Source: a virus
Lineage: Duplodnaviria > Heunggongvirae > Uroviricota > Caudoviricetes
Length of the DNA: 42,114 nt
Virus record (IMG/VR): IMGVR_UViG_2561511241_000009
Coordinates: 1-42,114 of that record
Reading direction: 5' to 3' (one strand)
Positions 19,115 to 28,459 of the stretch are shown piece after piece; the stretch's first letter is position 1, and every line of letters starts with the position of its first letter. The position numbers and the translations under genes were made by a program. The notes under the pieces were generated by a model. That model ran no database searches. It had not been told where the DNA came from and worked only from the letters and a program-made list of their open reading frames with translations.

Positions 19115-21585
19115 CAGAATCCCCCAACAGTAAGGCGAGGAATAACGGCAAGAACAGACAGCGGCAACGGGTCAAGCTGACGGATTTTTACACGTCCGTT
19201 TTTGCCCCAGTTACTGTCCAGTTTCACTTCTACTTTTCCGGTAGCATCATCAACAGGATCATCGTAGAACTCGAATTCACGCTGTGGATATTCGTACCAT
19301 TTACCGCCAGGCGTAGTCGCCCAGATGCCGCGGCTGGCATTCACAACCAGAGTAACGGACGGGATCACCTGTTTTTTGTCCAGCAGCGTTTCCTGTCCGT
19401 TAATGTTGATATCCAGTGTTTCGAATTCAGCAGTTATTGGCAGGCCGATGTGCACTACAGCCCCCGGAGATTCCAGCGTGACGGCACCTCCGGAAACTAC
19501 TTTCTGTGGTTCCACGTTCGCATCAGAGAGAATGTTTACGGTCTGGCCTTCAAGATGAGACAGGCCTCCAAATGTCCGGCGCGCCATCTGCCAGTTCGTG
19601 GTGGCCACATTCCTGAGGGATGGCGGGACGTTCCTGTTAGCACGAACCACTACAGCGGTATTGCTGGTTACAGAAATAATGTCGCAACGTAATTCTTTTG
19701 ACACTTCATCGCCAGTACCAGGATCAGTTCCGGTATAAGGGAACTGTAGTTGCGCGCCGACATCACTACTGGTGAAGTACGCACCACCAGAAACACTGAT
19801 TGTATATTCCGCACGGTAATCCCATTCACCAGAACCACCAGTGATGGTCATCGTTCTGTCAGACGTATTTCTTCCATCATAGCTAAGGCCAGAATCAACA
19901 AAGAAAGCATCTTCATCGCTGGTAAATAAACGGCTGGACAGCCGCTCGATGTATCTCACTGTTTGCCCGTTAACGGTTCGGTTAACGACGAAATACACCG
20001 CATCTTCATTGCCTTCGCTGATACTGCATGTGCTTTCATATTTTCCGGTACTGGATTGTGGTGCCCATGCAAAAACCTGCTGATCACGCAAATAGGTCAT
20101 CACCAGTAATTTACCGTCATCACGAATGCAGAAGGCGCTGGAGTAAGGGACAATCGAGAAGCACCAGTCAACAATGCTGTGCTTCTGAAAAAGATGATTG
20201 GCAAGGATGGTCAGGTCGTTCCCCTGATAGCCGTCAACATCGAATGAGTAGGCCAGATCACGGACAACACTGCCTTTCTCCTGGACGAACAGAGCAATAT
20301 TCGCCACGGCAATTGGTGGGACATTGCTCGAGCCATTTGATCCCTGAGAGCTGAATGCAAATGATGATGGGGCAAGCACTTTGTTCTGGTCGCCAGTGAT
20401 GACGTACTCACCTCCGGAAGTCAGCGCCACCAGCGAACCAACATCAATCAGGTGACGGATCTCATTAACCTGACGCCCGGCATAGGTGTAGATAATTCTG
20501 TCGTCATCCTGCGTAGGATTGCTTTTGCCAAAATCCTTATAATCCCCGGTACGGCTGGCCCAGATAGTCTGAGGGAACGCAGTCGATGCGGCGAAGTAAA
20601 GGCGTTGTTGATAATAAACAACAGTGCCAGGATAACCGTTAATACTGTCCCAGGCATATTTAGCCCATTTATAGCTGGCATTATCCTCGCCAACTACCTG
20701 CGAAGGGATATAGGAAATCACCTCGGCAGTTGCAGTAGTTCCATTTGCAGCAGAGATACGGGCAATGCCAAAACCACTGTGCAGATACTCCCACTCAATG
20801 CCGGTATCATCATCACCGGATCCGCCCCAGCCATCCCATGATGTGCCTTCTGTATGCGAAGGGCGCAAAGTGCCTGTTTTGCCTGCTGTAACGGCGCGAT
20901 AGTAGTTACTGTCTGCACGGCGAATATCGCCAATCGACGTACTCTTACTGGTTTCCCATACCGGCACAGAATCCACTGCAGGCTGTTCCAGATAGAACAA
21001 TTTGCCTACCTGCTCCGCGCCAAAAATTGAGGCGCTTGCCGTTAACGTAATTGTCCCGGTGCTGGCGCTGGCATAAACCGTCACTGACTCGTCAATATTG
21101 ATATCTTCAAATGGCCCGTTCTTCGTTACCACATCAACCAGTTGCCAGTTGTCATGCGCATAGCGGCGCAACTCTTTCGGCGGGTATGCCGGATGAACCA
21201 GCGTAAGCACGTCTGCGCTTTGCGTGAATTTAATTCGGAACAGATCGGCTTCAGTATATGGCGTGGCAATTTCATAAATAACATTGCTGCTGTTCAGCAC
21301 CAACGCACCATCTTTGATAACGCGCATGTACTGGTGTCCGAACTCCAGAGCATAAGTCTGAACCGTCGAGAACTGGAACGGGATTAGGCGGCATTTCCGA
21401 TTTGGGTATTTGGCGGCACCGACAAAACGCGTACCAGGTCGATTCTCAACGCCGCCATACTGCCGCACGATAAAGTTATCGCACTTGCGCAATGCCACCT
21501 GGTACTTCGCCATGTCGATACGACCGTACAACGACGGTCCAATCTCACCACCGGCAAAGCTGGGCTGGATCCAACTGATAGCCAT
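19114..21585 (-). CDS. tail tubular protein B-like (nozzle), 823 aa
   Basis: Size and N-terminus MAISWIQPSFAGGEIGPSL parallel T7 gp12 (MALISQSIKNLKGGISQQP pattern); follows tubular A-like gene. Confidence 0.55.
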   Translation of the reverse strand: MAISWIQPSFAGGEIGPSLYGRIDMAKYQVALRKCDNFIVRQYGGVENRPGTRFVGAAKYPNRKCRLIPFQFSTVQTYALEFGHQYMRVIKDGALVLNSSNVIYEIATPYTEADLFRIKFTQSADVLTLVHPAYPPKELRRYAHDNWQLVDVVTKNGPFEDINIDESVTVYASASTGTITLTASASIFGAEQVGKLFYLEQPAVDSVPVWETSKSTSIGDIRRADSNYYRAVTAGKTGTLRPSHTEGTSWDGWGGSGDDDTGIEWEYLHSGFGIARISAANGTTATAEVISYIPSQVVGEDNASYKWAKYAWDSINGYPGTVVYYQQRLYFAASTAFPQTIWASRTGDYKDFGKSNPTQDDDRIIYTYAGRQVNEIRHLIDVGSLVALTSGGEYVITGDQNKVLAPSSFAFSSQGSNGSSNVPPIAVANIALFVQEKGSVVRDLAYSFDVDGYQGNDLTILANHLFQKHSIVDWCFSIVPYSSAFCIRDDGKLLVMTYLRDQQVFAWAPQSSTGKYESTCSISEGNEDAVYFVVNRTVNGQTVRYIERLSSRLFTSDEDAFFVDSGLSYDGRNTSDRTMTITGGSGEWDYRAEYTISVSGGAYFTSSDVGAQLQFPYTGTDPGTGDEVSKELRCDIISVTSNTAVVVRANRNVPPSLRNVATTNWQMARRTFGGLSHLEGQTVNILSDANVEPQKVVSGGAVTLESPGAVVHIGLPITAEFETLDININGQETLLDKKQVIPSVTLVVNASRGIWATTPGGKWYEYPQREFEFYDDPVDDATGKVEVKLDSNWGKNGRVKIRQLDPLPLSVLAVIPRLTVGGF

Positions 21586-22193
21586 CAGGACAACCTCGCA
21601 ATGGTAAACTCGTCAACCGGTGGCTGTGGTTCCTGTGATTCATTCTGGCTATGCGAGCCAGCACTAAGAATCACGCGATTGTACATATTGAGGGCAAACG
21701 TACCGAGGTCTGCATTCCCAGTCAGCGCCATGTTAATAGCTGCCGCAAGACGCCAGGCCAACGCCTCCATAAAAATGGCATCAAACATGTTCACATCTGA
21801 AACGCGAGAGACATACTTGAGCCATGCCTGCGGCTGGTCTGTGTAGATCAACTTTCCTGTTCCGTTGGTGTCTGCACCAACTTCGTACTGAACGCGCATT
21901 GCTGCTGTTGGATTGCGTACACCAGGAAGCATAATTTCAGTAATGCGCAGACAATCGGACGGGTACTGGTACGCATATTCCCAGTCAGGCGGTGGATTGC
22001 TCGTATCTGCAAGCGCCACGCGTTTGGTAGCAAAGTTCCAGTCAAAATCAGAAAGAACAGCATCACGGCAGGCCTCAAAGTGCAGCGAACATTCACCCGC
22101 TTCCTTGCTGGCTTCCGTCAGGCTGTTAATACTGCGGCTGTTGCCAATATTGGACAGCGCACGATTACAGATCTCTACTACAGAGGCCATCAC
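21585..22193 (-). CDS. tail tubular protein A-like (adaptor), 202 aa
   Basis: Size and N-terminal pattern (ALSNIG...SL.E) similar to T7 gp11. Confidence 0.5.
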   Translation of the reverse strand: MMASVVEICNRALSNIGNSRSINSLTEASKEAGECSLHFEACRDAVLSDFDWNFATKRVALADTSNPPPDWEYAYQYPSDCLRITEIMLPGVRNPTAAMRVQYEVGADTNGTGKLIYTDQPQAWLKYVSRVSDVNMFDAIFMEALAWRLAAAINMALTGNADLGTFALNMYNRVILSAGSHSQNESQEPQPPVDEFTIARLS

Positions 22194-22519
22194 TCACCTC
22201 CGTTACCGTACAGAGTTTCAGCCGCTGATTTTTCTACATCCCTGGAAACAGGAGCGATCGCCATATCAGTGATCTGCAGATCGGCGCTGCGATTAACACC
22301 ATCGTCAGTTTCTCTGGCAGACAGGCCTCGAATAACAGCCTTTGCAGTTATCATCACTTCTGTTCCGACGCCCTGAGGTTGCGCCTTCAGCTTATTCAAT
22401 GTGTCGTTATTAAGAGTGATGCACAGCCCCCACGGGTATTCATCGCGAGTTCTGGTTTCTCCGCTCTCATCCTGGTAGCTGTCAGTGCCGGTTTTGAGGT
22501 TTACGAGTTCCATATACAC
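22190..22519 (-). CDS. hypothetical virion protein (109 aa)
   Basis: ORF in structural operon; ATGA overlap with downstream gene. Confidence 0.4.
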   Translation of the reverse strand: MYMELVNLKTGTDSYQDESGETRTRDEYPWGLCITLNNDTLNKLKAQPQGVGTEVMITAKAVIRGLSARETDDGVNRSADLQITDMAIAPVSRDVEKSAAETLYGNGGE

Positions 22520-22563
22520 TCCTGCAATAAAGGGGCCGAAGCCCCTTGTCTGATTCGCGAGGC

Positions 22564-22908
22564 TTACACGCCCAGTTCTTTACGCTTATCTGCGATCTTC
22601 TCGCGGAGCGTTTCGGCTTTGGCGTTATGGTGTGGCTTCTCGTTAAAGAGCAATTCGTACTCTTCACGGAGCTTATCCAGTTCATCATCATCTGACACAT
22701 CGTTGATGATTTTGGTGCTGGTTGCTGCCATTGACACCTTTCCTGCAACTTTTGCTTTTGCCTGTCTGGCTGCATCGTTAACAGGTTCCAGTGCGCTACC
22801 AGGCTCACCTTCGTATTCGATTTCTGCCCCCTCCGGCCACAGAGTGTTATGGATATGAGAGAGGCGCAGAACGCGGTATCTTGGTTTCTCACCTGACATC
22901 GATATCAC
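22564..22908 (-). CDS. hypothetical virion protein (114 aa)
   Basis: ORF in structural operon; followed by GGGGC-cgaa-GCCCC hairpin. Confidence 0.4.
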   Translation of the reverse strand: MISMSGEKPRYRVLRLSHIHNTLWPEGAEIEYEGEPGSALEPVNDAARQAKAKVAGKVSMAATSTKIINDVSDDDELDKLREEYELLFNEKPHHNAKAETLREKIADKRKELGV

Positions 22909-22909
22909 C

Positions 22910-23347
22910 TTAACCAGTTACTTTTGAGCGGATCGGATACGGCGTATTGGCATCAACATCAAGACTGATACCAGCAGTGAATTCGCCAGCCGTTAGTGGG
23001 CCGGTTGCGACGGAGTAGTTAACACGCAGATATCGCTGAACACCGGCAGGCACCTTTGCAGAAACAACTCGTTTACCTGCTGTCAGGGCGGTCTTTGCCA
23101 GTGCGCCACTATCATAAATAGTGGTCCATGAGCTGTTATTCTCACTCGTCTGCAACTGGATGTTTACAGTTGCATTACCGCTTGCCGCGGCGGCTGTGTT
23201 AACCAGCGCCCAAAACTCAAGCGGGTAACCCACGCCGATATCACGACGTTTTCCGTCAATTGGACCGAGATCGATTACGTCAGTAGAAGCCGCGGTATTC
23301 GTAACCGCCTGAGCTTCGGAGAACATCAACAGTTTGTCGGTGATCAT
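22910..23347 (-). CDS. hypothetical capsid-associated protein (145 aa)
   Basis: Immediately downstream of major capsid gene; Ala/Thr/Gly-rich. Confidence 0.4.
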   Translation of the reverse strand: MITDKLLMFSEAQAVTNTAASTDVIDLGPIDGKRRDIGVGYPLEFWALVNTAAAASGNATVNIQLQTSENNSSWTTIYDSGALAKTALTAGKRVVSAKVPAGVQRYLRVNYSVATGPLTAGEFTAGISLDVDANTPYPIRSKVTG

Positions 23348-23398
23348 CTTCTTTCTCCATTAGTGGGTCTGTTACGACCCACAGGTTAATAACAGGCG

Positions 23399-24391
23399 TT
23401 ACACCACGCGGGCTTCTGTTTCCAGAAGCGCATCAGTTTCACGGATTGGTACACCACGGAATGAAGTCCACCACTCGCCTTCTGTCTCTTTTACGCTGAT
23501 CGCCAGAGATGTTTTCTCCAGAGATTGCAGATCAAGAGCCTGGCCTACAGTGCGGTTCATGTAGAACACCGGGCGACCCATGCCACGATTTGGAATGCGA
23601 TGCAGTGCTTTAACCATCAACTTCGCAATATTTGCGGCAGAGGAAGGTTCTGAAAGATTGCTGACATCGATGTTTGCAATGCGAACAACATAACGCCAGT
23701 CACGCAGAGCAAGTCCGTTATCCCATTTGTAATGGGTACGGTAGCCTTCGTACTTGCCGCCATTAACATCTTCCAGTGTCACCTGGCCTTTATCTTCCAT
23801 CTGAATGCCAGCCTTCTGCCCTTTCGGGAAGATGCCATGCACGGTGTTTTCGCCCCACACCACTAACCAGATGGAGGTGTTATCTGTACCCGTGCCACCA
23901 GCATCAATGATGTTCTGAGCATTACCCGCAGACAGGCTGGAATAGCGGGAGGACAGTCCCATAAACTGCTGAGGGTTAACGCTGGAATCACCATAAAATA
24001 GCGTCTGCGCCATCTGCTGATTCATCGCTTCAATAAATGCGCGGTCTTCAGACAGGCGGAATTCGGCGGTATTGCCGTTCAGATCAGCCAGTGACTTATC
24101 GACTTCAGCATAGGTTTCCAGCATGCCAACGGAATCGGTTACCTGCACTGTGGTTGATTTGCTTGGCTGTACGCCATAGTTCAGCAAACGCCAGGTAGCT
24201 GAAGGTAAACCAGAACGAATGGTGGTTCGGTGTCCGGTAGGAAGGTTCCCTTCGACAAAAAGCATATCCTGAAGGATCGGGTTAGTTTGACCGAGAAGCT
24301 CGATAATCTTATCGACTTTCCCGTTTGGATCGACGCGCTTACCCCAGTCAGCCAGCGTTAGCGCAGTTAAGCCTTTAACAGCCATTGTCAT
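23399..24391 (-). CDS. major capsid protein (330 aa)
   Basis: Size and position after scaffold gene; no family motif verified. Confidence 0.7.
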   Translation of the reverse strand: MTMAVKGLTALTLADWGKRVDPNGKVDKIIELLGQTNPILQDMLFVEGNLPTGHRTTIRSGLPSATWRLLNYGVQPSKSTTVQVTDSVGMLETYAEVDKSLADLNGNTAEFRLSEDRAFIEAMNQQMAQTLFYGDSSVNPQQFMGLSSRYSSLSAGNAQNIIDAGGTGTDNTSIWLVVWGENTVHGIFPKGQKAGIQMEDKGQVTLEDVNGGKYEGYRTHYKWDNGLALRDWRYVVRIANIDVSNLSEPSSAANIAKLMVKALHRIPNRGMGRPVFYMNRTVGQALDLQSLEKTSLAISVKETEGEWWTSFRGVPIRETDALLETEARVV

Positions 24392-24399
24392 TTCCTCTC

Positions 24400-25101
24400 T
24401 TATTTGCCATAGAGCACTTCGGCCGCACTACGCTGGCCTTCATTACCACCGGTGACCATGCCATCTTCAGACATCGCCTTTCCGATTTTCACGAACGTTT
24501 TGACCAGATCAGGGTGATTACCCAGCCCGGTGGTGTTCAGATATTCTTTGAGTTCAGGTGTCCCGAACTGGTCAAGCGCACGCTGTGCGGCGCTAAGGTT
24601 AGAAATCAACTTGTCGCCACCGATTTCTTTGTCAGCTTTTACATCAGCAGCCCACTGCTCGGTTGTTTTCTGCCAGGCTTCTGCCTGGCGCTGCTGAACA
24701 CCTGCCAGAATCTTCGGATAAGCATCAACCAGCTTTTGCGCTTGCTCGTTGGTCAGGTTTAGTTCTCGCGCCACCGGCTCGAATTCCTTCAACGCTTCTG
24801 TATCCAGCTCTACGCCTTCGGCAGCCTGAAACTCGTACTTCTCCGGCGCACCATCCGGTTTATCGCCGTCCTTTTTTTCACCCTGCTTATCGCTTTCAGA
24901 CTTTTTGTCATCAGCAGGTTTATCGCCATCAGCAACAGGTTGCGGCTTATCACCTTCTTGTTGTGATGGATCACCAACTGGAGCATGGTTATCACCTGCA
25001 GGCGCTGATGGTTCTGACGCAGCCGGAGCTGCTCCACCATCGACTGGTTGCTCATTGCAAAGACGGCGATACAGCAAACGCTCAAATAAATTCATGATCA
25101 C
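24400..25101 (-). CDS. scaffolding protein
   Basis: Low-complexity acidic/Pro/Ala-rich N-half, helical C-half; between portal and capsid genes. Confidence 0.6.
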   Translation of the reverse strand: MIMNLFERLLYRRLCNEQPVDGGAAPAASEPSAPAGDNHAPVGDPSQQEGDKPQPVADGDKPADDKKSESDKQGEKKDGDKPDGAPEKYEFQAAEGVELDTEALKEFEPVARELNLTNEQAQKLVDAYPKILAGVQQRQAEAWQKTTEQWAADVKADKEIGGDKLISNLSAAQRALDQFGTPELKEYLNTTGLGNHPDLVKTFVKIGKAMSEDGMVTGGNEGQRSAAEVLYGK

Positions 25102-25394
25102 TCCTGTTCACTGGCCTCTTTGGCCATCTTCAAATACTGTTCAGGGCAATGCGCCATAACGCGCTGAAACAGTTCCAGCGCCAGATTGCGTTGCCCCTCA
25201 TTAAATGCCATTGCCATAGCATCCATCGGAGAGATAGCGGAAAACACACGGCCTTTCTCCAGCACAGACCAGACAACGCGACGCCCCTGTTCACTGCTCA
25301 TGACAAAGCGAATGTCATCAATTTCACGCTGTGCCATGTCACGTTGCTTACGGGCGTTTTCTTCTTTCAGTTGATCGTCTTCGTAATCTGTCAT
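25098..25394 (-). CDS. hypothetical head-assembly protein (98 aa)
   Basis: Overlapping start/stop with portal and scaffold genes. Confidence 0.45.
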   Translation of the reverse strand: MTDYEDDQLKEENARKQRDMAQREIDDIRFVMSSEQGRRVVWSVLEKGRVFSAISPMDAMAMAFNEGQRNLALELFQRVMAHCPEQYLKMAKEASEQE

Positions 25395-27070
25395 TGTGAT
25401 TGCCCACCCTGACCACTAACTGCATTCGCCATAGCTGACAAAACACTCGGATCCGAAGTTTTAGCTTCGCTTAGCGTCTTGGCACCCTGTGCCGCCGCCA
25501 TCCCCATGGCCATCATTTGTTGCTGCTGTTGTTGCTGTGCCCGTTGCTGGCGAGCCTGCTCAACCTGTTCCTGCGGAACAATGACGGTTGGAGACACTCC
25601 GGACATATCAGCGAATGCATCGATCGCCTGATCAACGTTGAGTTTGTCGAGAGCTTCTGGTTTCGCTTGCGCAAGTTGACCAATGAAGTTAACCGTGGAC
25701 GCCAGACTGGACAGGCCGATAGACTTCTGCGCCTGAGCCATGACGGAAATGTATTCGACCTTCAGGGGCATGCCTTCCATCGCGTCAGGCGGTGGCGGCA
25801 ACATGTTTTTACGCACCATCATCGAGAAAGCGCGGTCAATGAGAGGATTAAGACATTCGTCGTTCAGACGCTCCAGAACCGGCCCCAACATCAGAAGTTT
25901 TTCTTCTTTCATTTCGATCACCGCTTCAACAGGCATCGAGCGGGTATTGATGTTCTGCAACATCATGAACAGATCGACAAAGTAGGCGCTGTTAATGATT
26001 TGACGAGTGTCCTGAATGTCTGCCACCAAATCTGCTGTACTGGGGTTAACCAGATAAGCAGGCCTGAAACCATCCTGACCAGTAATCTGATCGATATACG
26101 TGATGTCGCCAGGAAGAAGGGAGGCACGCTGATTCTTGAGGGAAATCGGAGCAACCATCGGCGGATTGGTGGCTTTATCAATCAACTGCGACTTGCGCTT
26201 CTGGAGAAGCTGCAATGCCTTAACAGGTCCAAGCGCCAGCATGCCCGGGCATGATGATCCATAAACATCTTCGCCGTTAACTTCCCAGCGCGGAGCCATA
26301 ATTGGAAACTCATCGAATCCGGACTCACGCAACAACTTGTCGTTATCGCCACCAACCTCGTAATAAACCGATTTGAATGGCTTGTTCTTGCTATCCAGCT
26401 TCGATGTATCGCGGTCAATGTTCGGGTAAACCGAATGCATCACTTCAATCCACTTCTCGTAGGTGCCGCTTTCCCACATGCTTTTTACGGATTCGCTGAC
26501 GTTATTTAGCCCGAACTCCTGAACAAGCTGACGAACAGTCATAGAGAACTTGCGAAAACAGGTGTCCACACTGCCACGAGGTGAGTTAGCCAGGTAGTAA
26601 CTGCCTATCGTGAATGGCATTGTGCGAATGATGTCCTCGTCATCCTCCAGCACTGCCATTGCACCAGTGCTGTATGTGCCGAGGCTTCCGTATAACTGCG
26701 GCAGCGACTGATAGAGATTCGACTTATTGAACATATCGTTCATGCGGTTCTGCACCGCCTCAAGCCACAACTTAACAGGGCCATAATCCATCATTTCAGG
26801 ATCTGGCGTAGCCAGGCGAAACCACGGACGCGCGGGGCTTGTGATGCCTGACATCATGCCGCTGGCGAGAGTGCGCGCCGCCATAGTCCCGGTCGAATCA
26901 ATAATGCGTGTATTGCGTCGATCGTTACGGTTGACCTCAGAAGTCAGAAAGCGGGAACCACGCGGGTTGATGTAATCACTCAACTCGCGCCAGTGCGGCT
27001 CGAACGACTGACGCTCGCTTTCAAGTTGTGCGAACTGTTTGTTCAATCGCTCTTTAGTTGTTTCCGCCAT
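25391..27070 (-). CDS. portal (head-tail connector) protein, 559 aa
   Basis: Size and position between terminase and scaffold; GGAG RBS; Q-rich C-terminal tail. Confidence 0.7.
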   Translation of the reverse strand: MAETTKERLNKQFAQLESERQSFEPHWRELSDYINPRGSRFLTSEVNRNDRRNTRIIDSTGTMAARTLASGMMSGITSPARPWFRLATPDPEMMDYGPVKLWLEAVQNRMNDMFNKSNLYQSLPQLYGSLGTYSTGAMAVLEDDEDIIRTMPFTIGSYYLANSPRGSVDTCFRKFSMTVRQLVQEFGLNNVSESVKSMWESGTYEKWIEVMHSVYPNIDRDTSKLDSKNKPFKSVYYEVGGDNDKLLRESGFDEFPIMAPRWEVNGEDVYGSSCPGMLALGPVKALQLLQKRKSQLIDKATNPPMVAPISLKNQRASLLPGDITYIDQITGQDGFRPAYLVNPSTADLVADIQDTRQIINSAYFVDLFMMLQNINTRSMPVEAVIEMKEEKLLMLGPVLERLNDECLNPLIDRAFSMMVRKNMLPPPPDAMEGMPLKVEYISVMAQAQKSIGLSSLASTVNFIGQLAQAKPEALDKLNVDQAIDAFADMSGVSPTVIVPQEQVEQARQQRAQQQQQQQMMAMGMAAAQGAKTLSEAKTSDPSVLSAMANAVSGQGGQSQ

Positions 27071-27084
27071 TTCAATGACTCCGG

Positions 27085-27291
27085 TTACTGACCAAGCAGC
27101 GTTTTACCGCTGGTATTAGCGGTTGATGTGTCGCCCTGAGAACCGGTAAGCAGCGTAGAACTACGACCAGCAGCAGCGCGACGGCGACGAGTTTCTTCGT
27201 CGCGGGCATCAACAACGGCGGCATCCTGCTCCTGTGGTGCTGCCTGAACTTCTGGTGTTGCAGGCACTGATGGTGAGCTACCCATGCACAT
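27085..27291 (-). CDS. hypothetical small disordered protein (68 aa)
   Basis: Has the same ACGGAGTCATTGA-ATG RBS context as the portal gene. Confidence 0.4.
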   Translation of the reverse strand: MCMGSSPSVPATPEVQAAPQEQDAAVVDARDEETRRRRAAAGRSSTLLTGSQGDTSTANTSGKTLLGQ

Positions 27292-27381
27292 ATCAATGAC
27301 TCCGTACGCAATTAAATTATTACCAATTTAACCACATATGATTTATTTATCGTAGGTAGTTGACATTTAACGCACGAATTA

Positions 27382-27396
27382 TTACCTTTCAGGTAA
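27382..27396. promoter_or_regulatory. operator-like palindrome TTACCtttcaGGTAA overlapping a TTGACA promoter
   Basis: TTGACA at 27360-27365; perfect palindrome 17 bp downstream where a -10 would lie. Confidence 0.55.
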
Positions 27397-27718
27397 GCAT
27401 AGAGTGCATTCCTGTTATTAACCTGACTGGCTTGTCGTTAAATTGAACAGGTGGAGTGAGCTTTTATTTTGAGCAGTACGGCGTATGGCACATGCGCCGA
27501 TAGCGGTCTGGATACGTTTAAGGGGCACCCTCCCTTGCTCGGGCAAACGAACCAGGTAGCCGGAATGTGCAAGTCGAGCGGTTTTATGCCGCGCACGGGG
27601 ATTCACCATCCCGGCGATTCGGTGTGACGCCTCGGAAGAGACGAGGGTACAACGATGAGAGCATTTATGGAGCCGCGACAAAGTGTGGTGCCTTAACAGG
27701 CTAAGTGCTCTCAGCGTT

Positions 27719-27795
27719 GTGGCATTAGCTCAGTCGGACAGAGCAACCGCCTTCTAAGCGGTTGGTCGCAGGTTCGAATCCTGCATGCCACGCCA
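27719..27795 (+). tRNA. tRNA-Arg (anticodon UCU)
   Basis: Manual fold: acceptor GTGGCAT/ATGCCAC, D-stem GCTC/GAGC, anticodon stem ACCGC/GCGGT with loop CTTCTAA, T-arm GCAGG-TTCGAAT-CCTGC, discriminator G, encoded CCA. Confidence 0.9.
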
Positions 27796-27838
27796 GAATC
27801 ACGCCTAAGGACCGTGATGCCAGAAGTTCCAGGGGCTT

Positions 27839-27880
27839 GGCGGTGATGGTTTCCCTTGAAGGACTATCACCGCCCTTTTT
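27839..27880 (+). terminator. rho-independent terminator after tRNA
   Basis: GGCGGTGAT...ATCACCGCC 9-bp stem then CTTTTT. Confidence 0.6.
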
Positions 27881-27958
27881 ACAGCAGGACGCCATTGCGA
27901 TGACTTCATGCTGTAAACCCGTACAGCCACGGAAGGCATAACTCATTGCTTCCAGTTC

Positions 27959-27982
27959 GCCCGGTTCGCCGGGCATTTTTTA
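27959..27982 (+). terminator. second hairpin with T-tract, abutting the RBS of the 27998 gene
   Basis: GCCCGG-ttcg-CCGGGC then ATTTTTT. Confidence 0.55.
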
Positions 27983-27997
27983 AGGTGAGATTAGACT

Positions 27998-28369
27998 ATG
28001 AGTGACAAAGACATTGAATCTGAAATTCAGGCTAAAGGTTTAGCCGCGCCGCGCGTTACGCCAGACCATATCGAGAGCATTATTGCTCAGGAGGCATATT
28101 TCACAGCAGAAGATGGTGCCTTTGGCGTAGCCATAAAAGCGAAACATACTGGCGGAGAGGTAAACTACCAGCCGCACGAATCACTTTCTCTGCTGACGTT
28201 CTGCGTCCTGGTGCTGCGCAACGGCTTCACCGTCACCGGAGAGAGCGCCTGTGCAAGCCCGGAAAACTTTGATGCAGAAATTGGTCGGAAGATTGCCCGA
28301 CAGAATGCTGTAAACAAAATCTGGATGCTTGAAGGTTACTTGCTGAAGCAGAAGTTAAGCGAGCAATAA
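27998..28369 (+). CDS. hypothetical phage protein (possibly N4 Gp49 / Sf6 gp66-like family)
   Basis: 123-aa ORF on the opposite strand to its neighbours; family assignment from memory only. Confidence 0.45.
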   Translation: MSDKDIESEIQAKGLAAPRVTPDHIESIIAQEAYFTAEDGAFGVAIKAKHTGGEVNYQPHESLSLLTFCVLVLRNGFTVTGESACASPENFDAEIGRKIARQNAVNKIWMLEGYLLKQKLSEQ

Positions 28370-28459
28370 CACCGTGACATATCACAAACAGCCAGCCTAT
28401 GAGCTGGCTTTGTTTTATCCTCATCAGAGGATATCAACGACATTATCCCCTCAAGCGGA

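Noticed and set aside
11635-26254. Many plus-strand ORFs nested antisense inside large minus-strand structural genes (e.g. 12301-12762, 13580-14095, 17434-18051, 20452-20841, 25517-26254)
   Set aside because: Fully contained in long, well-supported opposite-strand genes with coupled starts and stops; no RBS; typical antisense artefacts.
27072-27311. Alternative frame ORF (79 aa) upstream of portal
   Set aside because: The overlapping frame 27085-27291 carries the same RBS context as the portal gene; the 79-aa frame has none.
27588-27603. 14-nt match to the 5' region of 16S rRNA (TGCAAGTCGAGCGG) in the tRNA leader
   Set aside because: Too short to be meaningful and no further rRNA-like sequence follows.
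27418-27976. Minus-strand ORFs 27418-27681 and 27725-27976
   Set aside because: They overlap the tRNA gene and its structured leader/trailer, have no RBS, and are basic low-complexity translations.
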